In this document: one piece after another, positions 1 to 25,959 of the stretch | How the letters are laid out: each line of letters begins with the position of its first letter | Position numbering within the stretch: the stretch's first letter is position 1 | Assembly (NCBI GenBank): GCA_963693365.1 | Contig: CAVNZM010000002.1 | Span: 10,035,828-10,099,827 of the forward strand | From: Amoebidium appalachense | Taxonomy: Eukaryota; Protista; Ichthyosporea | Length of the DNA stretch: 64,000 nt | Direction of reading: 5' to 3' | The notes under the pieces: generated by a model | Seen by the model: the letters and a program-made list of their open reading frames with translations, nothing else | The model's database searches: none | What the model was told of the DNA's origin: nothing | Translations under genes and position numbers: made by a program

Positions 1-184
1 ACTTGGCCATACAAAAAAGTTCCATTTTATTTTCTTCATTTCATTTTTGATTCTTCATTTCTCATTTTCTGCCTAACCATTTTTCACTTTCTTGTCAAAA
101 CGCAGTAATTTCCCAACACTACGTCTTTATTTCCTAACACAAAAAACGAATTTTGGCTGAATATCGCACTGTGGGGCCACCTAC

Positions 185-13533
<13,349 letters not shown>

Positions 13534-14454
13534 TAAAAAAGATACTTATACTTGCGCCTGTCGCAGCTCGAGGGATGAAGTGATCGAATGGCACCTAGCC
13601 ACACCCACTTATGTATGACCAGAGAGCTAGCGGTCTAATGTTACTCGCCCGGCCCAAATGTTACTATTCTAAGTTTCTACACGTTAGAACTTTGCACCCA
13701 ACCTTCGTTTAGAGCCGCTAATAAAAAAAATGTCCGTGTAATAGGCAACTTCACTGCTGGTTTAAGACAAGGTGGCGATCAGCTGCAGTCTGGCTGGTAG
13801 CCCACGATGATCATTTCGAAAGTCCCTTTATTACGTCGGCAATCATTTTGGCGCCAAAAATGGCTCACAAAACGAAAAAACAGAGCGGAGCCTCACACTC
13901 GGCAGTTGAGCATGGCCAGCACACAGCGATCGCACACTTGAACTGAAAGTGTCCCACTTTGCGGTAGCTCACAGAGCATTTACTTCAGAAGTTATCTGCC
14001 TGCCGAAATATGTGAAATAATCTTGTGCGGACTTGCACACTGGTGTACAGTTAGTCTGAGCTACCTGCAAAGGGCAGACAGTGTTTATTCACGTGTGTAA
14101 GTTCGATTGAATCTGTTTTCCATCTGAAGAGCTTTTTCTTACGAAAGTGGTCTGTAATTTCGTAAGTTTCTTTTTCATGGAATTACTGCTGGTCTAGACC
14201 AAGGCTTTCTTGGTGCACACACAATTGAGCCCCTTTTACAAAGGGATACTTTTCTGTATTTTAAAAGGCTAGCTGTGCAACTACGAGGGATGCACTGCAA
14301 ACTGTGCAAGCAGGAACCACAAGAGGTTAGAGCCTGGAAACCTGAGGGGGAGGGGGGGACCATGGAACCCAGCAAAACACACATTTCAACACCTCCCCTT
14401 CCGAAACAGGGAGTACTACGCAGCTTGAACTAGCTATATATACAAGTGTATGAA

Positions 14455-14487
14455 AAGCTCTTTGAAAAGCGGGTGTTTAAAAACACC
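14455..14487 (-). promoter_or_regulatory. Displaced H2B histone 3' stem-loop (14472-14487) plus downstream element
   Basis: Minus strand GGTGTT-TTTA-AACACC, identical to the H3 and H2A stem-loops, followed by CGCTTTTCAAAGAGCTTTT. It abuts the left TSD of the transposon. Confidence 0.85.
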
Positions 14488-15373
14488 TATTTTTCGGGCC
14501 CGGGTACCATATCAGGAGCGGGCAATTTTTGAATTCTCCCTCCCCGGCCCCGCCGGGGAAAATTTGAGGTTTTTGGACCTCAAAGAAGTCAAATCCTGCA
14601 AAATCCACTACCGGGAGGCCAAAAAGGGTGATTTTACAAAAAAGGAGGGACATACATGAAAAAGAGAAAATGGGCGAGTTCAGTGGGCTGCCGATAAGTA
14701 TATTTCGTGCTGGGCCGGTATACATGCTGCCGTGGTTGTTGCTGTAGACGGCAGTATGGCATCGCATGTGTCACGTGACCTGCACGTGAATGCGACCATG
14801 TGCAGGCACTGAGTCTAGGGGGATTTGTATGTGTGTTTTGGAGCACCGACAAGGCAGAGCCAGGGTGAGGGATGTGTAAACATGGAGTTTAGGGAGATCG
14901 TGCTGCTATTGTAACATGTGCACAAAACAGCCACGTGCACCGGCACACTCCGGTGTACAGAACAATAATATGCACATGCTTCACTGTAATATCATGTATG
15001 CGCATGCCGCACAAGGTTTAGGAGACCACCACAGTATATACTATTTTCTTTTGGTTGATATCCATGTAGGAATGGTGTGTTGCAGTTGTCATGATCAGCC
15101 TGAGGCAGGCACGTGCACTCACTGAATCACTAGAACTCATGAATAAAAAATACATTCGCTAAAAACGGCAAGGTAAATTTGGGGCCAAGCTATTATTTCC
15201 CCCTTTTAAACGTTTTTTTAGCTCCAAGAACTTCGACGCCAAAATTTCTATATTTGGCCATCGTATATGATAATGAACACGTGTACTTAAATTAAAGTAG
15301 TTATATAAATATGAGCGGCCCGTTACAAATACAGTGACGAAAAACAGTGACCCACGAGCAGTTTTTCTTTCTA

Positions 15374-15425
<52 letters not shown>

Positions 15426-15748
15426 ACACACACACCAGACACACACACCACCACCACGGTGACCACCACCACCACCACCACCACCACTCACCCCTTAAAA
15501 AAACCACACACATACGTGCACGTGTACACACACACACAGAACACCACCACCACCTCCACTGGACCCCATTTCCTCGTTGTTTTCTTAAGCCTTCAGACCA
15601 GTCCTGCACACTGGAGTTAAACAATTGAATTCACCTAGGCTGACATGCATCCACCCCCGCCTTCCACTTCCCTCCCCCCCACCCCCACCCCCCACCCCCC
15701 CCCCACCCCCACCCCCTCCCCCTCGATGAAGAAGGGCCCCCGTAAGCC

Positions 15749-15786
<38 letters not shown>

Positions 15787-16758
15787 GAGGGGGAGAGGGG
15801 GGAGCTCTTGAGCCTCCGGGTAGGGAAGTGGGGTCCGGGGATCCGGAGAGGAGGGGGGGGGGGGGGGGGGGGGGAGAGGGGCATATAATATTGGGCCTAG
15901 ATATCATAGTATGGGGCCCCGGGGGAGGGGAGAGGTGGGGGGGGGAGGGGGGAGGATCCACGGGAAAGACCTTTAGGTGCATGTTCTTATTTATACCCCC
16001 TTCGAATCATCCCCCCTCTCCCCCCCCCTCCCCCCCCCTGAGTGCAGGCCGTGACGTAGCTACGATAACCCTGCAGAAGGCAACAAAAATGTATTAATTA
16101 CTAGCACTATACATGTGTTCATAGTGCAGCTTGCACCACGTATGATCTCAGCAACTTTAAAGTAGTCACAAAGTTTAGTTATTTTCATTATTTTCATTGC
16201 TCTGAACTCTATTACTCTGAAATGATCACCGTGCATGTACCGCAAGATAACAACCCTATATGTGTGCAGCTGCTGCCTGCAGGTTAGACTCGCTGAAAAG
16301 ACAATTGTCAGTGTGCATCCGACGCTTGCAGCTGCAGCTAGCCTCTGCAACATTAATACTTGCCAAGTGAATGCTCTTACACTTGATCATCATTCACTCA
16401 AAAAACCGAGGACCGACAGATTAAATATTAATGTCGATCCGAATGATCAGCAAGTGTCTATGCGTACTACTATATATACACACACGTAAAATGCGAAGCT
16501 ATCAGTTACAAGGCACACCTGCTGCACTGGCACACATACACATACACACCGGCAGATCGATGCTGTCAAAATTTACTTTCATGTACTTCGTAGGTCCGAC
16601 ACAGGTGCACATGAACACGTACATATGTACAAGCCGCGCACACACCACACCACACATACACACACACACACACACACTCACACACACACACGCACACACG
16701 CACACACGCACACACGCACGCACGCACGCACACACACACACACACGCACGCACGCGCG

Positions 16759-16838
<80 letters not shown>

Positions 16839-17269
16839 GACACACACACACACACACACATCACTGGGTGCGCTCGCTGGGGATTAGTTTTTTGGCACGC
16901 TGTTGACTTTATCGTGTGTTTATTATTTGCTATTTATTGGCCAGCGGCCAACATTTAAAAATATACTATATACCTAAAAATAGATACTGACTACGGCCAG
17001 CAGACATTATACACCTTCCAGGACACATTAACACCAATAGTCTAACACACCATACTCTCGATCACAAAGAATTCCTAACAAACAGAGAAAAGTGCAAAGG
17101 CTCTGTACTATTACTCAGATTCTAAATTTTAATTCTTTACAGTAAACTTCGGAATGAAAGCTAGCCCCCCCCCCCCCCCCTCCCCCCTAACATGACTGTA
17201 CGAAGAACAGGTATAACTTGAAGCACTACAACACATATGAGATCCGTTACATTGGTGTACATTCCAATA

Positions 17270-18939
17270 TTAGACACTAGTTTGGCTACTCTGACTACTC
17301 TGAGATCCTGATTGGCTGCCTGCAGACTTGCGGCCACGATTACTTTGCTTTCGATCGTGCCATTGCAGCTGCGTCTCTCCAGCAGGTGGCAACGCCAGGC
17401 CCAGCACAGCAGATGCACGAGAAGGGGGTGGGAACTGCCCACCAGCCGAGGGCTGGCCCACATGGCCCAAGTAAGGATGGGGACCGTGCTGCGGCAGTAG
17501 CCCAGGCATGGGGAAGGCAGGGCCGGGCTGAGGCGGCATGATGCCCCACGGTGGGGGCCAGCCATGTGGGTGGTGCGGGCCTGGATGGGGTGCAGGGGGC
17601 ATGTGCGGCACATGGCCCTGCTGCATGTCAAGCGCGGGTGCTGGTGGCATGGCATCCTGATTGGCTGCAACCCAACGTGGGCAGCTCTTGGCCCGATTGG
17701 AGCCGGGGCAGCCCTTGCCCTGGCGGCCACACGTCTTGCAGGTCTTGGGGGCTCTCTGGGGTGGCTGCATAGGAGGGGGCACCGGCAAATCCATCTGCAG
17801 GGGCCCCTCAGGGCCAATGTTGCGATGCTTTTTGCCCACTAGCATGGGCAAGGGCCGCTCACGCTGCGCCCCTGCATCGACACCGTCTGGAACAGGGAGG
17901 GGTGGCAAGGGGGCAGGCCGTATGGTTGCTGGCACAGCGTCTGCCCTCTCCTCGCGCATACGCTTGCGGTGATCTGCCAGGCCCTCGTGTGTGGAGCGCT
18001 GTGCATGTGCCGTCTGCCAGGTCTTCCACTTGTCGAAATGCTTCTTGATGTAGGCCGCATCCTTCATGTAGATTCCCCCAGCCACAGAGGCAGCCTTGTT
18101 GAAGTCTTGGGCCAAAGCCTCGAACAGCTGGCCGTTGGGCTTTGCATGTGCCTTGTAGGTGCCCAGGAGCAGCGTGCTGAATAGCTTGCGCTCCTGAGGG
18201 GTAAGCACCGGAAGGAAGGGGATGGCCACATGTTGCTTCTGCGCCAGGAACTTGTAGTCGCCCCTCAGTGCAGGGTCCGGCTGTGGTGCACCACGCGCCA
18301 CCTGGTTGCCCCCCCCCATGGCAGCACCGTCACCCTCCTCGACCTCACAGTCCTCTGGCCCGCCCATCACGCCATTGGCTGCAGGCTCGATGTTATCAGA
18401 CGGAGGTGGGGGTGCGGGCACCGCAACTGGCTCCTGCGCCGGGGCATTGGCCACACAGGAGAGCGGGGCAAAGTTGAAGTACTCCTCCGGTAGCTTGTAG
18501 CAGCCTACGGGTACCCACTGGGGGTCGAGGTGATGGCCGTACAGCATCAGCGCCAGTGCCTCCATGTCGTCAACAATCCAGGGGCTGTAGTGGGGGGGCC
18601 CCGATGCCTGGCCCAGGCGGTTGCGGTAGTGTGCACGCAGGTTGTGGCGGTGGCGCCTATTGGACATGGTGGCGTCCAGCAGGCGCAGCGACATGCGTGT
18701 GGCCCCAAAGTGGGTGGCCAGGGGGTTGTGCACTGCCCCCTCCACCTCGTTGGTGCCCCGGATGCAGCGGTAGCGCATGAGCCCATCTGCGTCGGCAGTG
18801 GTCTCGTAGTAGAGGGGCAGGCCGGGGGGGGTCCGACAGACAGCCATTTTGGGCGTGTTCGAGCAGCGACTGTGGGGGCACAAGCAAACATCAGAGAGAT
18901 GGGTGGGTGGTGGTGGTGGTAGTGTGTGTGTATGTGTGT

Positions 18940-18987
<48 letters not shown>

Positions 18988-19059
18988 TGGGGTTGCTAAG
19001 GAAAAAAACGAGCAGGGAAAGGCAAAAAACAACTGGCTAGGCAGCAAGGGCCGTGCGGG

Positions 19060-19135
<76 letters not shown>

Positions 19136-19709
19136 ATGTTTGGGGGGGGGGGGGGGGGGGGGGGGGGGAGGCTAGGGTGTGCGTGTGTGTGCAGATGAAC
19201 CAAGGATGACAAATAAGCGAAGAATCTTTTCTGTGGTGGTGGAGTTGTTGGGCGCCTGCAGGGGAGGGGGGGGGGGGGGGGGGGGATGTTGCCTCGAGTC
19301 TTTCAAAGCCATCCTTCTTGAACAGAGGCTTGCCATCCGGTCCGGGCGGCACATCCTTGTAGGTGTTTTTGAACTCCACCAGCCGCGAGACCAGCGTGTA
19401 TGGGTCGGGAATAACCCGCCGGATGCGCTCCATGAAGTAGCTCAGGTCGCCGCCCTTGAGCTCGGTTTCAATGTCGATGCCCTTCTGCTCCAGCACCCCC
19501 TGTGAGGCAGGATGCCAATATTAATTTACTACGCACACTGCAATTTGGGTTTGGTAGACTTTGATACCTGCCGTTATTGTAGGACCCCTCCCCTCCACCC
19601 CCCCCATCTTCTCCCCCAACACAAGTAAAAAATGCATGTGGCTCTTTCCCCCCACAACCCTACATTATTTCTCTCTAGGCATATGAATAACCCCCACTCT
19701 CCCCCCCCC

Positions 19710-19740
<31 letters not shown>

Positions 19741-20890
19741 TTGCCCCCCTCTCTCTGAGGCTCAGGCTCTCTCTCTTCCCTCAGAAGTTTTGTCGAAGGT
19801 GTGCATGGTTGTGGGTGGAATGGTGAGTGTGTGCTAACGAGTGTATGTGTGTGTGCGCGTCAGTCACGCATGTTGTTGTTGCCGTTTTTTTTATTTTTAT
19901 TTTTTATTTTTTATTTTGGGGGGGGGGGGGGAGGGGGGGGCACCTTCACATGTCCGTAATCCTCTTCATTCCACACAAATATTGCCTCGCTGAGTGCGCG
20001 TGCGTACTCAGCCCTGCGGGGGTGTGACTTGTACGTGCCGTCCGCCGTGTTTGCAATGGAGTGGAAGGCGTCATTCAGCACAGTCTGCCACACCACCTCC
20101 CCAGGCGGTGCCTGGCCCAACATGCCCTCTCTGGGAGCTGCCTCGGGTCCCCCTGGGGCTGCCTCAAGGCCCCCCGGGGCTGCCTGGGGGTCCTGGGGGG
20201 GTGCCTGTGGGCCGGCAAGGGGTTGCTGCTGCTCGGCAGGGGGAGGGGCTGGGTCAGGGACCACCGGCACCTCGGCACCTGGGTCCGGTGGGGGCTGAAT
20301 GGGCCGTAGCCACTGCAGGTGCACCATCAGCTCAAAGGGCGGCGGGCCCAGCTCTCCCAGGGTCTTGCCCTTGTCGGGGCCAAAGGGCACCTGCATGGCC
20401 GGCGACAGCACCTGATCCACCCGCACCACTGCATGCTTCTTGCCCACCTTCATGCCCCCCCAGCGCTCCGGCTGCACAGCCAGCACCACCCCGGTGGCTG
20501 CTGCAGCATGTGGGCCCCGCCGGGGCACAATCTCAACCCCTTCACCGAGTGCCTTTGCATGAAGCCGCGCTGCATGTCATAGAGGGAAGCAAAAAACTCA
20601 GCCAAAAAGCCACAGCACCAACGTTTTTCTCTTCGCTCCACAAAAATCAAATGCATATTCCTTAGCAACCCCCTTCCCCCCCCCCCCCCCCCCCCCCCCC
20701 TTCTCCCTCCCCCCCCCCCCTCTCCCAGTGCCCAGCTTGTGTGGCACTTGCACGTGTTAACAGTGCTATAGCCCCCCCCCCCCCCCCCCCCCCCCCCCCC
20801 CACCACCACCACCACCAATCACCCCCTCCTTTGATAGCCACCCGACACCCAGCATAACACAACTGGAACACTGGCCCATGTGGTCAGCCA

Positions 20891-20922
<32 letters not shown>

Positions 20923-22419
20923 CCCCTCCCCCCTCCCCCTCTCCTCTGGGGGGCCCACAATCTTTCTATATCTGGCATAAGCACATAAGCACTGGGGCAA
21001 AAAGCAGGTGGGATACACACCTGACAGGTTTGGCCTATCGACCACGGCCGAGTAGACCTGCAGGGACGCATATGCATCAAGGGCAGCGTAGGTGGCCTGC
21101 ACCTCTGATAGCGGCTCGTGCCAGTTGGAGCATCGAACAAGTGCCGGCTTGGGCAGCTTCTTGCCTATGACCTGGGCAGTGATGTCGGCCAAGCCCCGGG
21201 CCGCAGAGGTGATAGCTGCACGGGCATAGCAGAACCGGCCCAGCTCCAGATAGCTGGCCACAGGGGTGCCGTAGTCCTTGTTGAGGTGGGCCGAGTCCGT
21301 GCCGATCTGCTTGCCCACCTTGATGATGCTGGGGTCCCTAAGCAGCGCAATCAGCTCGTCCACCAGCCGCGCGGGCGGGCTGTGGTTGGGGCCCATGCGT
21401 GCCAAGTGGAAGATGTACACGGCCCGTGCGGTGGCAATCTGCAGCGTGCAAACCTTGGACCGCGCCTGGCCCACCCGATAGACCCACTCGCAGTCCAGCC
21501 CCACCACGCGGTGCTGCTGCCCCTCCAGGTCGGCACGAATGGCCGCTGTAGCCACCACCGCCCCCTGGCAGTCGGTGTACACCGGCTTAGGGTAGTTGGC
21601 CGGCAGCTCCAGCCCAGGCAGACCGTCCGTCACGCTTACCAGCGCAGCCTCGTTCAGACGGACGGGGCATTTTGGCCGGGCTAGGGTTGGAAACATGCGC
21701 TCAACAAACGCCCGGTCTTGGCAGCACCGATCTGTGTAGAAGAAGGCCGGGCCCTTGCTGTTGAGCGCCGCCGTGGTGGCAGAGATGCGCTGGATCACGG
21801 GCTCAATCTCCTGGTGGCTGCAGTCCCGTGTAAATACCTGCGCCCGGATCTCTGGGGTGCCGCACTGTGTGAGAGGGCATCTCCGAGCAGCCATGCATGT
21901 TCTAGCTTCCCTTACCACATGGCCCTTCACGAGACTTCAGTGCCCACACAATCCTTTCCCCCTCCCTCCCCCCAAACCCATGTGCCCACATACTTTCCCC
22001 TCCCTCTCCCCCAAAACCCTTCCCCCTCCTTCCCCCCAAACCCATGTGCCCACATACTTTCCCCAGGCCTCCCTTTCCCCCAAAATCTTCCCCCCCCCCC
22101 TCCCCCTAAACCCATGTACCTACAATCCTTCCCCCTTCCTCCCCCTAAACCCTTGTGATCACAATCCTTTCCCCCTCTCTGCCTTCCCCCCAAACCCATG
22201 TGCCCACGATCCTTCCCCACTCCCCCTCCCCCCAAACCATGGGACAGCCCTCCATATGGCACCTACTGTCCCCCCCCCCCCCCCCCCCACCCCACCCCGG
22301 GCCTCTTGCCCTCTCTACCTTCAACCCCGACGGTGGTGTCTCCCCCCCCCCCCCCCCCCCCCCCCCCCTGCATCCCTTGCAATCACTGGCCCCTACTCCC
22401 ATTCTGCTTGGCAGAAGCT

Positions 22420-22467
<48 letters not shown>

Positions 22468-22703
22468 ATTCCCCGCCAAAAGAAAGCTCCACCCCAGCCC
22501 ACCCCAATCTCTACCCAGCAAAAACACATACACACATATCTGGAGCTTCCTAGTTTTTGCTCGACAGGGCAAGAATTGTCCCCAAAACCCACATACTACA
22601 AACCTCTACTCACAGTGTGCCACCTCATTAAATGTGGAGCCTAAGAGATTTAAAGGCCCTAGAGGGGGGAGGGGGGGAGGGGGGGGGGGGAGGGGGGGCG
22701 TGT

Positions 22704-22734
<31 letters not shown>

Positions 22735-23162
22735 GCGTGTGTGGGGGGGGGGGGAGGGGGGAAGGGGGCCTGGGGGGAGAGTGGGGGGAGGGGGGAGAAG
22801 AGGAGGGACCACACACCGCCAAGCTCGTTTACACAAGTCCATAGGCCTCGGTACAGAGGCTCCCCATTGATGCCGGTGAGCTTCCCAATTTGGAAGGTGT
22901 GGTCGGCCTTGAGCACGTTGTTTACGGGCTTGAGCTGCGTGTCCAGGCTCTGGTACTTTGCCGTGCGGTCGCTGAACTCAGTATACACGGCACTCAGGTA
23001 TTTGCCTGAACCCCAAGTACTGTTAGAACTCCACCACCCTCCCATCAGGACCATCCCCCCCATTCCCTCTAGTCCCTCGTGTTCATCTCACCTCTCTGTA
23101 TTTTCGTAAGTCTGTATGGCTTTTCCCATCTCAAAAACGCTACACACCCATCTCCGGCCGTT

Positions 23163-23202
<40 letters not shown>

Positions 23203-23380
23203 CCCCGCCTCCCCGGCGCGCGCAAACCCTCCAAGTCATTGCACCAACTTTCACCTTCTTTCCCCTTTGTGCCCCATCTGCAGTTTGTCCCCTGCACGTC
23301 CGTTTGCCCTTCCCCCCACACCCTCCTGCCACTACTATAATAACCATTAAGTACCGCCACCAAGATCCAGTCTACCACCA

Positions 23381-23431
<51 letters not shown>

Positions 23432-23580
23432 CTCTCCACCTCCTTTCCCCCAACACACACAGACACACATGCGCACACCCACCATCTAATTTCAGGCATA
23501 ACAGTTCTCCACGATTTCCCAAGCACACTCACTGGTACATGGACCGTTATGCTTTCACCCCTCTGATGATCCCTCTGCCC

Positions 23581-23614
<34 letters not shown>

Positions 23615-23688
23615 ACCACCACCACCACCACCACCACCACCATGACTGATTGCCACCACCACCACCTAATCCATCACCATGTCCCCCC

Positions 23689-23754
<66 letters not shown>

Positions 23755-25146
23755 ACGGACCCACAAGTACACGCACACTCACAGGCGCACATCCACCACC
23801 ACACATCCACCACCACCATAATAGAAACTTATTGACCACACTTCCAAAACCCATTTCCAAGTCCCCCCCCCCCCCTAAAAAAAAAATAAAAAATAATAAA
23901 ACAAAACCCTACCAAGCCAACCCAAAAAATGCCCAAGCACGTGCATACAAAACAATGGGGACCATTTACACACCCAAAATGCAGTGCACACTTGCCTGAA
24001 GGCACATGTCCAGCGTAACCATTTTTGTCACCAAACGCCGAGAACTTAGCCGCCTGCTCCTCTGGGGGAAGTTCTGTCAGGCGCTGGTCGTGGGGGCGGA
24101 AATCGTTACGCTTTTTGAGTTCATACTTGGTCCAATGCAGCGCCCTCGAGTAATACAGGAGCCGCTGCTCGTCGTATCGCTGCTTGTGGAGCTCCGAGAG
24201 GAGGGTGGCAAAGGCGTTTGGGCCCACACCTTTGTCTGCCAGTGCACGCAACAATGTTACCACCTTTAGGTCGAGCCCACTGCGGTGGCTAAGGTAGGCC
24301 GGAAACTGATCACGCATGAAGAGTGGAAGGCGTTTAATTGTCTGGGGGTTTGTGCCGGCAAAGTTTTTTTTGCATGTGTCACAAAAGTACCGGGCCGTGA
24401 TAATGTAGTAGCAGCTGTCAAAGTCGATAACACGCCGTCCTACGGGGTTGCTCATGAACCCATTGCGAGAAGTACGGTGTGGGTTGGGGTGGTTGTGGGG
24501 GTCCACGTAGTGATCATCGAAGGGGCACGGCACCATGAAACCGGGAGACAACCTTTCCGGAAGCCAGGCAAAACATCTGGGTTTGTAGAAAGGCGCTGGA
24601 TCGCCCCCAAATTTAAAGCCTATAATGGGAGGTGGAAGATGCCACCCCACAGGCGTCTTCTCATCTTTGAGACTCTCTTTCACTGTGTGCAGGTGCGACT
24701 TGATTGTTTCGCCCGCCGCGTCAGAAAACTCCTCTCCACCGTCATCCCCGTCCGTATTATCTTCTCCCTCTTCCTCCCCTTCATCCTCGTCTACCCGGTA
24801 CGCATCTGCTGCTGCATTTAGCAAAGGTTCCTCGTCGGGTTGCACCTGTATGTCTGGTGGGTGTGGAGCAGGGGCCCGATCCATTTCTCTTGGTAACGAA
24901 TGGACGCTACCTGCCTCAACTACACGGGCCCTTATGTCGGCGGCCTTAGATAGAGGGGGCTGTTCGGGTTGTACGTTTACGTTTAGTTCCTGCAAAACAG
25001 CTTTGTTTGCCGTCCCAAAACCTGCAAAGTTCGCTAAAGGCTGAACAAATGCAGCATCTTTTTTTTTTGCGCCCAGCTCCCTCCCTAGCTCCGCCTGTTT
25101 TATGCCCAGGGCGCTGTGTTGTGCCCTTAGGGCAGCCTGGCTTCAT
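17270..25146 (-). CDS. DDE transposase (Dada/Zisupton-like) with embedded DEDDy 3'-5' exonuclease; 6 exons, two homopolymer frameshifts
   Basis: Exons 25146-23996, 23005-~22817, 21851-21021, 20569-19944, 19499-19293, 18869-17270 splice in frame. Motifs: basic AT-hook-like N-terminus (PGCPKGT...GGAREGAGRKKK); C/H-rich DUF6729-like region (RYFCDTC, FPAYLSHRSGLD); KADHTF; NELGEIR; YTDRCC; exonuclease GLDCEW...IGTD...YAALDA; DAFH; LSDPPGLPLY; YRCIRGTNEVEG; C-terminal CxxC-x6-C-x8-C. Confidence 0.85.
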
Positions 25147-25381
25147 TTTAAACACTTGGGGCCTGGCCCCCTGCCCCCCTAGTGCGACTACGTTACCGCA
25201 AACATTCCCGTATTCCAGTGTGCTCGGCAATGCTGCTCATGGCCTTCCCGGACTGGTTGTGACCAGTAAAGAGCGCGCCAATTCCTGACCGCCGCCTACA
25301 GCAGTGTATGATCTGTTATCCATATTCGGCAAAAGGGGTCTTGCCCAACCAATGGCTTGAATCCTTGTAACTTTGCTTTAT

Positions 25382-25440
25382 CCATATAAGGTTAGCTGAA
25401 CACCCCGGGCCGGTTAGCTGAACACCCCCCCCTCCAATCA
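25382..25440 (-). promoter_or_regulatory. Putative transposon promoter/subterminal region: CCAAT, 17-bp direct repeat, CArG-like box
   Basis: GGTTAGCTGAACACCCC at 25390-25406 and 25412-25428; CCATATAAGG at 25382-25391; CCAATCA at 25434-25440. Confidence 0.45.
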
Positions 25441-25531
25441 TACCCCCCCTTCTCTCTAGTAGTAGCTCCTGGCATGCCGCACCCCCCCCCCCCTTTTTCG
25501 GCTTGCAGCACGATTGCAGACTCGCACACGT

Positions 25532-25909
25532 TTACTTGTTGGACGTGTACTTGGTGACGGCCTTGGTGCCCTCAGACACGGCGTGCTTGGCAAGCTCACC
25601 AGGGAGCAGCAGGCGCACGGCAGTCTGGATCTCGCGGGAGGAGATGGTGGACTTCTTGTTGTAGAGGGCAAGCTTGGAGGCCTCGCCAGCAACGCGCTCG
25701 AAGATGTCGTTCACGAAAGAGTTCATGATAGACATGGCCTTGGAGGAAATACCGGTGTCGGGGTGCACCTGCTTGAGCACCTTGTAGATATACACGCTGT
25801 AGCTCTCCTTTCTCTTCTTCTTCTTTTTCTTGTCGCCCTTCTTGGCTGCGGCGGCGGCTCCGCCCTCACCGGCCTTCTTCTCGGCCTTCTTTCCTCCCTT
25901 TGGCGGCAT
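25532..25909 (-). CDS. H2B: Histone H2B
   Basis: Intronless 125-aa [31 protein letters not shown]...KAVTKYTS. Confidence 0.99.
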   Translation of the reverse strand: MPPKGGKKAEKKAGEGGAAAAAKKGDKKKKKKRKESYSVYIYKVLKQVHPDTGISSKAMSIMNSFVNDIFERVAGEASKLALYNKKSTISSREIQTAVRLLLPGELAKHAVSEGTKAVTKYTSNK

Positions 25910-25959
25910 GATGTTTTGCGTTCAGGACGAGTGTTGTGTGTGGAGAAAAGAACGGCTGC

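Larger units (their letters stand above)
14498..25493 (-). mobile_element. Dada/Zisupton (KDZ)-like DNA transposon, 10,996 bp, 8-bp TSD TTTTTCGG
   Basis: TTTTTCGG at 14490-14497 and 25494-25501. Removing the element restores an H2B 3'UTR with the stem-loop 40 nt after the stop. No long TIR; short subterminal inverted CAGGAGC (14513-14519) / GCTCCTG (25465-25471). Encodes a transposase. Confidence 0.85.

Noticed and set aside
20884-21930. Stand-alone WRN/EXD exonuclease gene
   Set aside because: It splices in frame into the transposase and lies inside the TSD-bounded element.
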